In this document: positions 9,701-21,700 of the stretch, piece after piece
Layout of the letters: each line of letters opens with the position of its first letter
Numbering within the stretch: the first letter of the stretch is position 1
IMG/VR virus record: IMGVR_UViG_3300043446_003702
Coordinates: 64,001-128,000 of that record
Length of the DNA: 64,000 nucleotides
Direction: 5' to 3' (one strand)
From: a virus
Program-made: the position numbers and the translations under genes
Notes under the pieces: generated by a model
Databases searched by the model: none
What the model was told of the DNA's origin: nothing
The model's input: only the letters and a program-made list of their open reading frames with translations

Positions 9701-12700
9701 CAGTGGTAATTCTAGACCAAATTCATTAGAGTTGGGCACATACAATCCCATAGTACGGTCAACACCAGTTAGGCCAGTGGCTTGTGTGCTGCCTGGATAG
9801 GTATATGTGGCTGGATTTACCAGGTTCCAATTTTCTAAATCAAATGTTGGGCCAACCACTGATGAACTGCCGTCAGCATTTTGCGCTGACCATACACGAT
9901 CATTGTAACGAACCAATGTTCCATTTTCGTAAGTGCCATCACTACTCCAAGTCTGAATCGTAGTTTGATATTGGAAGCGATCATATCTAATCACTGTACG
10001 AAATTGTCGTATCAACTCGTTGGTCATACGAGGATACGCCACAGCACCTGACCCATTACCGCCGTTAAACACAATAGTGGGTGTTGAACGATATCCAGCA
10101 CCGTTGGCAGTGACATTCACGCCAACTACTTGTCCTACGCTATTCAATACTGCTGTGGCTTGTGCTGCAACAGTTGGAGCAGGATCATTGGGGTTGGGAG
10201 TTATTTCAACTATAGGTGGCTCTGTGTATCCTGACCCAGTTTCAATTAATTCAATAGAATCAAGACTTAACAAATAATTATTAAACCATTGACTGTATGG
10301 CCAAGAGCTCCACACTGTGGAATTAGCTGGTAAGTCACTTAAATTGTTAGTTTCAGAATTAAAAGCAGTGCTGTGATCATATGGCAATAGTATTGGGCTA
10401 GTGAATCCAGGCACTGTCAAACTTGTGTTAAAATACGCTGGCAAGTCAAAGTCAGTCATATCTCCAAACCACTGATCAAAACCATTGTATCGCAAGTTGA
10501 ACTCGCGAATTTGCACATGATAGGGTTTAACTTCTTGAATATAATCTAACACAAATTCTTGGTTGTCTCGACTGTAGTTTTGAAATTCAGTCAAGCTACG
10601 AATTCTGTGTTCTACATCTATTAGAGAAGTCTTGATAAGCCATTCGGGTGCAGCAAATTCACTTAGTACAAAATTAAACATCAAAGTTAATTGGCGATTA
10701 CGTTCAATTGCTAAATTGTCAATAAACAATTCTTCATTGATGGCCTGTATAATCTTTCGTGTTTCAATTACTGGTTCTTGATCATAATACTGTGCGTCAA
10801 AAACTTCAAGGTCAAAGCCAAACCGTCCCAGTGCATAATCCCATAATTCTGCAGCAAACTCAATTGTGCCGTTTTGCAAACCCACACGATCAAATCCTGT
10901 GGCGCCTCGCAGGTAAATTTCAAAATTGCCCTGGCTGTTGGCACTGACTTTGACACTGCTGCCTACGGGAACATCCAATGTGTTTAGTCCGGAAACATTT
11001 GGAACTTCTGCAATAATTTTGCTGCTGCTGTTATATCCTGGTAGATACCAATTGACATAGTTCCAGTATTGCTTGGTATCGTAGTTTTGTACTTGAATCA
11101 GCTGCAATAATCTCACAGTACCATCAATGGTGACTTTTTCTTCAACAGTATAAATGGTCCATAATCCTCGATTGCTGGAATCGCTGACCACTAGATAATT
11201 GTATCCCAGTGGCACTGCATAGAGATTTTGGAATCCTAATATCTCTAAATTAGCTACACGTTTGTTCCATTTTCCAGATCCTGCATTTGGTTCAGGTTCG
11301 CTGCTGTTTAACAATACAAATTGTCTGCTTTCCGCTATAGGATACAGTGCCAACACTGAGTTGGCTCGTGTTAGGTAATTTTTCAATGCAGCGAATCTGT
11401 CCACAAACATGCTTTGGCGTGGCCGGAACTGTACCCCATAGCGTTCTGCTGGACTAAGATTTATATCTGGCACCAAATTGCCATTTGTATCAACTCCACA
11501 AAAACTGTCTTGCATCTTGCGATACAAATTACTGCTGATAAATGAATCTTCACGGTCTTGAGCAACTAATTCGTATTCAACGTGTACATTGTCATCTGTA
11601 AGCTGTTTGTCAAATTCGATACTGAGAATAGTATCTTGTGCTTGGATATAATCACCAGCATTGTACAGCGCAATTGTGCTGGCATTGATGGGTGCAATGT
11701 ATGTTATGCCTGAGGCACGGGGGTTTTCAATGTAGTTGGCCACTGTGCTCACTGGCAGAGTTTTTCCTTTTTGTGTAGCAGTGGCAGTGATGCCACGAAC
11801 CCAAAAATAGTATTCAGTGTTGAAAATGCCTTGCGGACTCAACACAGTATTGATCACGTAGCTCAGTGTGGTCAAAGGTATACCTGGGCCTGTGTAAGTG
11901 GCAGGAGGTGTGGCACTGACTATCCATTGATAAACATCTACGCTACTGCCAGGGAATGTTTGTCCCCAACGTCGACTCGCATATACAATGTCATCTTGAT
12001 TGGGGTCAATGAATCTCACTGTACTGGTATTCCACCATACTTGCCCAACCTGTGTTTGTCCCCATGTTGTGCCACGAATACCAACTGGACCAACATTGTA
12101 GCTGGCAGGATCTACTGCACCAATAAAGTCTATGTTTTGACGTGCAGCTCCAAGAATTTTACCTTGCAGTGGATTGAAGAAATCAAAGTATTGAGTAACT
12201 GATGAAGTTACCCGATCGTAACTGTACACTGAGTTTAGAAGTCTAATATCTACAACCGGTTGTTGTACTCGCAACACTGTCCATGCAGGTGTAAGGTCAG
12301 GATTGACGCTGACAAACACTCGACCATAGTTGGCCAACATGGTACTGTCTTCTAGTTCATTACCTGGTGCGCCAGTAAACAATACTCCGTCAGTGTAGTC
12401 AACTGCAACACCATATTGATCTTGTGTTTGAACATTTGGATTGTCGATTTGCTGACCAAACACAAACTTATCAGGGTTGGTAATTGATGAACTAGAACTT
12501 GGCAATAGATCATATGTATAAACTGATCCACTTTGAATTACTTGATCAAAAAAGTCAGTGGCTCCTTCGTCAAAGTCTGTGGCATTCAAATCAAACATTG
12601 TGATTAGGTACAGTGTACCACGCGGCGCACCAACCACTAAATTCACAGCCGAATCATCAATGCTGACACTGGTACCAAATCCAGCAAAGTCCACAGGGTA

Positions 12701-15700
12701 AGGACTTACAATGGTTTGAGTAAACCTGTAAGTGGTAAAATCAATGTCATAAAAAGCTGTTCCTACACTGCCGGGCAATACAGAAAGTTTGGCCCCAACG
12801 GGTGCTGCGGCAGAATTTTTTACAGAAATGGTTAGATAGTTTTGGTCATCCACAGATGCTGTTACATTGGGCACGTCAATGTTGATCTGTGCTGCTAGAG
12901 CACGATAATCCACTGATGCCAACACAGTGGTTGTGTCAACCACACGCCAGTAACTTGTATTGGTCAACGCAGTGCCAGCCGGCACACTTTGCAAGCTGGC
13001 GTATATGGTTGTAACAGAAGTCAAGGTGGCGTAAACCACAGTATTGACAGGATAGGCAATGGTACTGCTCCATGCACTGGGTACTGTCACATCTTGATTG
13101 TTTACTCGCAGGGTGTCGCCATTGTCTAGGTCTGCTCCAGGATTGCCAGATTGTGTGATTCCGTATGTCAAACTTTGATTGACCAATCGCTCCACTGCAC
13201 CAGCTTTGAATTGCTGCACACTGCTGTTGGGTACGCCCACATACAGACTGCAATTGTAACTGCACAAGTCGGTGGCATAGCCATAACTTGAAAACTCTTC
13301 AACTGTGCTTTGATTTACAGCTTGTACCAATTGGAAGTCATTGGTTTCAATTTCAATAATGTCACCTATCTGCAGGTCAGCAAAAATAGTGATAGTGTTG
13401 CCATTTACGGCAAATGTGTTGCTTTGATTAGGAGTTGCTGATTTTTCATTGACCAAGAATGTACCATTCACCAATACACCCACTGGTTCAGACACTGAGC
13501 CTAGCACTGTGAATGTTACACTTGATGCATCAGTGCCGTAGATAAAGCGTTGCACATTTCTATCATATACATACACGGTGCCTGCTTGCGATTTACCATT
13601 GACTGTTTTGTTGGGTGCGCCAATCAACACTTGACGTCCATCTGTACTGGTGCTGACTGAGTAGCCAAAGTTATCTCCTGCCGCACTGCCAGCATTGGTG
13701 ATTGCACCAGCATACTGGAAGTATCCTTCAGCACGCACTAGAATACTTGACCCGGCTGGTGGAGAATTTAAAAATGTCAAGTCATTGCCCAAGGTGCTGT
13801 CGCCACTGAAGATGTAGTCAATTTCGGGCCGTTGTAGTACATCGTCAACTATTACACTGAAGCTGTAGAGATTATCTACCGTGTAGAAGTATTCATTTAG
13901 TGAAAATGACACTGTCAGTGGCGGCGGAGTGTAACTTGGTGTGCCGTTGATGGCTATAATGACTCCACTGTTTGCTGTAACGATAAATGTGATGTCATTG
14001 GTTGGGCTTGAGCCCCCATCAAAACTTGCTGCTGGAATTGTTATGGTGTTGCCAGTGGTATATCCTGTGCCGCCATTTTCCACACTCACGGTCACTGTGC
14101 CTCGAATTCTTGTTACCACAAAAGTTGCATTGGAACCTGTACCGCCAGTGCCTGCTAGTCCGTAGTAGACTTGATAGTCTAGCAGTTTACGACTGGTTCT
14201 AATGATTTCAATTGCATCCCCTGCCGCAGGTGCTGTGGCAAACTCTACCATGGTAAATGAATTGACCACTGTGTAGTCTATGCCAAGGATTTGTTCGTCG
14301 CCGGCCACACTCACCGTAAGCTGCGTATCAGCGTCAATTTTAATATCTGCGCCAATGGCATAAGAAGTCGTTACGCCATCACCCAATGCTTGCACACGCT
14401 GTGTTTCCCAATCAACTCGTCCGTATGCGTACACAGCATTGGCACCTGGTGCACCAACGTACAACCAACGTTCGTCAAGACTTACTGCTACACTCTGTCC
14501 AAATTTTTCTGGGGCAGTTATTGAATTTGGTGATGTAAGCAGTTGCCATTGTCCATAAGGTATGTTGCCAGGTGCGGCCAATTGTGGGTCTTTAAAGATA
14601 ACCACAGCATAGCCGTTGTTGGGTATGCCATCTGCGCCCAAGCTGCCCGGTGCACCAGCGGCTGCCCAGGTTTGATTGCCAAAATCCACGCTGGTACCAT
14701 ATTCTCTTGCTGCTGATTGGCCATTATATGGACCGCCGCTCTTGTCAGTGATAGTCAGACTCAGGACTGAGTCAGCAGGAGCCAATGGACTGGCTGGCGT
14801 ATAATTATTATTGTCACTCTTCACATATACATACACACCGCCACGGCGGGGCAAACTATTCAACGAGTACGGGGTCCAATATGCAGTATTGTAGATGCTG
14901 ACACCTTGTGGCACTGGTGCAGGTGTTCCGCCAACATTGGCAATGTAAAATTCAGTTTGATAAGGATCAGAAACATATACAATAGCATCTTCTGCGTATG
15001 CATTAGCAATGTTCCATTGTGTAGCGCCTACTGGGAATCGATATCGTGGGCTACCAACCAAAGCAGCAAAGCGATTTTGAGCTTGCGTTACACTGCTGCC
15101 GTACTGCTCACCTTCGTCTACTTGACCTGGGGCAAGGCTCAATAATTCAGTGAATACTTCTTGCTTTTCCAGCACGGTCCATAAGTCACTGCCATTGTTG
15201 TCAACCCAAACTCTAGCGCCAGGTTCAATAGTGTTGGCATAAGGCAAATTTAAAATATCGCTGGCTTGAGATACTCGTTGAGTTTTCAATGTGAAACCAA
15301 GACCTGTGCCATTGACTACTGTGCGATCGCCTGTAAAACTAAAAGCAATGGTGACTGTGTCAAGACTCACTACATTAAGTACTGTGTATACACCGTTTAC
15401 TTCTGAGTCAAAAAATCTTATCACTAGTTTGTCGCTTGCAGCAAGGCCATGTTGTTTAGAAAATATAACCAAGCTGGTCCCATCTAGATTGTCACACACA
15501 TGCGCAATTACACCAGGAACAGATTCAGCTCGATAAATTGCCCAATCGTATGCATTGACTTTTGCTACCCAAATAGTTGTGCCAACACCAATGTTGTTGA
15601 TGTTTGCTGCTAAACTATCCGTATTGTCAATATCAAAAACTGTGATGTTGACATCATTAAAATTCACATAACCTGCTGTAGGTAACGCAATGTCTGTGGG

Positions 15701-18700
15701 CAAGGTAGTGGTTACAGGCAATATATCTGGAGAAGTAATGTTGTAACTTTTTTTCCAAATATCAGATACCAAAATAGTTTGATCGGCTTGACTAGATTCC
15801 TGTGGATTGATAATTTGTACCAATCCAGGATTAGCGTCAAGTAATGCTCGATTTAAGCGCAACTGAAAGAAGCTGCGGTTGGCATTGGCTCCATAAACTG
15901 CACGTTGTACTGCCCAGTTTTCATAGATGCTGTAATCTGCAGACTCCTTGCCAAGATTGGCTTGAGAGAATAATTCAGCACTGAGTATGGTTCCTTTGCT
16001 GCCAAGGAATTGTCTATACACATTCAATTGACTGACGTCGTCAAGATTCAGTGATGTCATGTACTGACGTGGTCGGAATCCGATCAAACCATAACTCAAT
16101 AGGTCATTATCGCCTTCAAGATTTGCTGTGTTTATATTGTAACTGTTTTGTAATTGATTGGCTTTATTGGCCAAGTTAGGCAGCAATCCCAATTCAATCT
16201 GTGTATAATCACTTGTCAACCAGTCGTTGGCATTGAATACTGCTGTGGGTTGTATAATGCTGCCAGCAGACCAGTAAGCACCTTTGTATTTGACAATTTG
16301 GCCTTTGGTATACGTAGTGTATGAATTCCATTCCTGTATATTGTCTTGATTAAGAATAAATCCTTGAGCATCAACATAACCATTCCACTCAGTGGTGGTC
16401 ATCGCAACCAAATTCAAACGACTTTGGCGGGCACCAGTTACTGGTTGATAGATCAAATCACCAAATACGCTGGCATTGTTGAACACAATCATGTGTTCGT
16501 AAGATGTATATTTTAAATCAATATAACTCAGTATTTGATCAGTTGCAGGTTCTACTGTGAATGTGTTGTCTAATCTAGTGATAATTAAATTGCGTGTGGG
16601 CAATTCTTTACGGTTTTGATCTAACAATATATTTTCAGCAGTTTGTGCAGAAATACTATCTACCACAGCTTGTTCACGAGAGATGCTGAGTCTAAATGCC
16701 AAGGGATTTAAATTGATCAGTGCATTGTCATCCCAACCTTGCTGACTCCAGTACAAGAATTCATTAACCATTTGCGACCAGTTTAGTTCATAACCATTAT
16801 CTTGAGTGTCAAAAACCAGTCCTTGTCTCTCTAGATATTGTCCATAACTCAACAAAAAATCACTCACGGCGGTTTCGCTGGCAAAAATAAAACCATAAGG
16901 AACCTGTGTAATAGTGTCTGTGTAAAATGTGGGGACTTGCACACTTATGCCACCTGCACTGTAAGTTTGTAAACGACCAGCGTATAGACTTTGGATTACA
17001 TTGAAATATGGTTGTGTGGTGCTGTAACCAAACACAGCGTATCCACCTGCGACTTTTTGTAGCACCACTGATGAATAGCTGGCACGATCAAACGGTTGAT
17101 TTTTATACAAAACAAGGTCATAGCTTTCATCTGGAATCAAAAAAGTAGTATTGGTTGAATTAGGACTAGATTTTTCAGTGTAAATTTTGATATATTGTTT
17201 GTCTGAAAAGCTGGCCATGCGATAACACAGTCTCACATCCAGTGCGCCAAGGTCAGCAGTTAGGTCAGCGGTGCTGTTAATTCCGCTTTGACGATTGTAG
17301 TCCACAATCCAATTGATGTAACTGGCCTTGCTGACACCATTGCCATAAACTTCAATGTCTTTGGCATTGAGTCTGTAGCGTCCATTGTACACATATTGAT
17401 CAAAATCAGTGTTGAATTTATATAGGTCACGATCCGCAAACAGTGCAAAAAACTTTGCTGGACGCGTCAAGGCAAGCAATCTCATTACAGCAAAGGGGTA
17501 CGCACTGCTGTTCCACCATGATGCTTCAACGGGACCGCCGTCGCCGACACTCCAACTTTTACGGAATGTGGTATCTTGGTAAGAGCCAACCACTGAATAA
17601 AATGGACTGAGTAATTCACCTTCTGTGCCTGTGGGTATTACTTTTGTTAGACCAGGTCTTGCATATTCTGGTAGGTAGTAGGGAGCCACAGGATCAGCTA
17701 CATAACCTGCTTCAAGGTCATCCCATAGAACCAAGTTGTCTTGTGTATACGGACCAGGACCATAATTGTCTTGCCACCATGTGGGCTCAATTGTAAATCC
17801 CAGCATTTCCCAAGGTGTTAATTCAGGTTGTTGAGTGTCATAATAATAACGATAGATACCACGCCAGGCCCCCAACAGTTGGTCGTTATCTAACTTGCTT
17901 TTACTGCCACTGTAATTCCATGAAAAGTCATTGGTAGCTGAGTAATCTTGCGTTTTATAATCAAGTTTGTTCCAAGCAACATAACTCAAAAAGTCAGTGC
18001 TCAAAATATTGGTAATGTCCTGTGAACTGTATCCAGTGTCTCTAAATTGACCTGGAAGAACTTCAGTTATGCTAATTGGCACAGGATTTCCATCTAATTT
18101 CAAGTTGTTGAATATTCTAGTTTCAAATTCTAACAACACATCATCTCGAATATCGCCAAATGTTCTGGTGATGCTGCCGTCATGTCCTACAATTACTGTT
18201 TGTGTCCCTGAACTGGTTTTTTGTGTAATGATTTTTGGCCGGTATGCCGGATACAGTCCCAATTTGGTAGGTGTGTTTGGAACAAAACTGCCATAGGTCG
18301 GAAAATATTCATTTATAATCAGTGTGTCGCCCAGCGTCAGCGGTGATAATACAACAATTCGAGGACCATCAGTGGCCACGGTGTAGTCCAGTCCCCTAGT
18401 GAGTATTACATCATTTAAATATACATTCATTCCTTGATAGTTGGCTGATGTATAATTGTAAACATTAATGGTATCAAATGTGTTATTAGTGGTATTTGAT
18501 ATAGTGTATGTTGTGGTCTGATACACTGCACCAGCAGGTATCATGTCACTCCAATAAAACGGTTGTGATTCTACTCGGCCTAGAGTAATTTCTGCTAATG
18601 CAGTATCTAATATTTCACCAGCAGTTTGATACTGAACAACTTGTTGAATTGCAGTGTTTAACAATTGACCTTTGAATTTCAAATATTCATTGCTGTTAAA

Positions 18701-21700
18701 TTGCAAACTTGAAAATATATTGTATGCTTCGCTACGTAAAAAGTACCCAGCCAGAGTCAGAGGTGCGCTTTGCTGTAGTATGGTTAGTCCATAGGGCACT
18801 AAATTTCCCAAATCTCTAGTGTTATTTGCTCCGTTGATTGGACCAGAAAGCGTTGATAAATTTTCACAAATAGTTTCGTATTGTGTACGAATTGTACCTA
18901 GTGTAAAACTAGGGCTATTGGTGTTCAGTGGATTATTTTGTAAATTTATTGGTACTTGAAAAAATCCAATTTTGCTAATTTGGTCACTCAGTACCAGTAC
19001 TTCAATTGCATCAGTAGGCAAGTAAGTGTCAATCAACGTGATTGTCGTACTGGTGGTATCTACACTGTAGGTGTATTGGCTTGGTTGGATAAATTTTGAT
19101 CCTACATAGATTTTGATGGCAGGCAGCACCGAGGCAGTACCCACAGCAACATCTAGTTTCAGTGTCTGCCCACTATAGGTGAATTTAAATTGCTGATATT
19201 GTTGACTGGTTGCAGCAGCCGTTTGCCACCCAATGAGTTTAGCAAAGGTGGTGCGGTTCGCATATTCTCTGGCCACCCCAGAACTGATATCTGAAGTAAT
19301 TGACACATTGTCTTGCACGTACAAAAAAGTATCTTTGTACAAGTTGTTTTCAAACACAATGTCACCGACGTTGTTGATGTTCAAATACTGCAAAGGAAAT
19401 TGTAATATAGGATCAAGTATGCCGGTGTCGCCTACAGCATAACTAAACAATTTGCTGCCTATAAACGTGCTTGATGGATACTTGGCACGATTACCAAAAC
19501 TGATGCCGGCTGAGTCATAAACGTTGAACAATGGTGCTTGCTGCACTCCAGTTTTTTGTTGTGCTTCAGTCCATTCAATACCATCGTACCAAAATGACAC
19601 ACCCTTTTGTGTGTTTCCTTCAAGACTCACCACACATTGATCAATCAGTACTACGCCATCATCGGCCACTGCTAAATGTATAATAGGCTGTGCAATCAAT
19701 GGTGGCACACTGTCTGGAGTAATGAACTGTACAACATAAACTTTGTTTCGTACTTCATAATCTGCATCAGCAGCAAAAATTACCCGTGAACCATCGGTAA
19801 ACACATAACCATCAACACTGTATCCAGTACTTCCTTCTATGTTGCTCAAAGCATCTGTTTCTGAGAAGTCAATAATGTCAACTGGTTGCTTGCCTTCGGT
19901 TCCCATGTTGTACAAACGAAGACCTGGTCTAAAATTGATAATAGGTCTCTTGGCTCGAAAATTATTGTCTAAAGAAATTTGAGTATTGTTGTATCTGGCA
20001 GTGGCTTGAATGACGTCAATATGAAACCAGCGATTACTACGAGTCCATGCATTTAAATCTTTGCTGGCACGATCAATTGTAAGATAATCTACTTCACCAG
20101 GTTCAGATGCAATAGTACTGTCACGAGCATCAACCACGTAAGTTTCAGGTGTGACAAAATTGCGAACTGGCAATAGCTCAATAGCTGTGCCCACCCCAGC
20201 TACATAAAATTCATTGTTAGCAAATGCCACAGCAGTGAACCCTGCCACAGTTGCAGTGCTCAATTCAAAAGTTGCTCCATCAACCACAGTGGCTATGGAA
20301 AATTGTGTACCATTGGCTGAAATAGTTTTGATGTAATAACTTTGTCCAACTACAATACCACCGGCTGTGGTACCTGAAAAAATAATTTCTTCACCTTCGT
20401 ACAGTCCAGCAGTTGAGCTGCAGGTAATATAGTTGCTGCCTGCTTGGGTGGCTGTGCAAGTAAATGTAGTTGTACCGGACCCATATGAAACTGGTAACAC
20501 ATCACCAGTAAATCTTACTTTGAGCCCGTTGGTAAATGTTACTCCATTGGGACTGACATAATTTTTTTGTCCAATGATTTGATCGATAAAAATTGTGCTG
20601 GTTTCTGTTTGATCCAGTAGCCGTATTTTTCCAAAAATCTCTGGATCAGTTGCATCTTGATACCATAATTCATTAAGCACTGCTGTCAGCAAAGGTATGC
20701 GTTGGAAATATCCTGTGGAGTTTTTATACCAACTGGTATTGCTGTATGTGGTGCCGTAACTGATGGTAAACTTTTGATTTAGCCCAATATCAGCAATTTT
20801 AGCCAAACTGATGTAGTCAATACCACTGCGATTTACAACACTGATTTGCCAAACCTGATAGCGGTCTGCCACGGGTACAACATCAGTCTGATCATATGTT
20901 ACGGTATCATAACTGCCCACCTGACCATTTTGTGAATCTAATCGAGGTAGTGGGTCATAAAATGATGTTATCAACCAGCCACCATCAGTGTCATCTGCAA
21001 TGGGATTTGTAAACACCAGAGTACGACCGTCAAGATATGTGGTCCCGTCAATGCCGCCGTAAGTGGCAATAAACTGTTCCAATGATTGATTGTTGATTTG
21101 ATCAAATTTTAAATCAGTCAACAGATCAATTGGTCCTACGTCAGGAAGATCATAATAAAATTGTTGGGCTGTTTTTTGTGGTACATTAAAAGAAACAACA
21201 CCAAGATCTTCACCATTGTCAGTAACACCATACACATCTCGATTGCTGATATTAGGTGTAGTAGGAACTACCCCTGCTACTCCTGGTGAAGTTTGAATCC
21301 AAAAGCCTGGGCCAGTTCCTGGAGTACCATCAACAATATTAATGGTACCACGTAGGTTGGTTTGATTTTGACTAACGTAGTACAAGGTGTCGGGAGCATC
21401 TTGCGGCACAGTAAACGTCACTAGACCAAAACTGCTCCCGTTGCGCGACACCCCTGAATTGTATGCATCGCCGGTTCCGAGACTCACGGCAGTTTTAATC
21501 CAGAAAGGATAAACGCCATTTAGTGTGATATTGAAAACATAGGTATTGCCACGTGCCAAGGTCAGTGTAGGATTGGCCTGAAAATCAATCAAGTACGAGG
21601 AAGTTCCATTGTTGGTAACCCGATAGTTCACAGTTTCTTTGGCATTTTGTGCTACTTGAAACGTGTAACTACCTCCACGCACTAGATCAATTGTGGGATT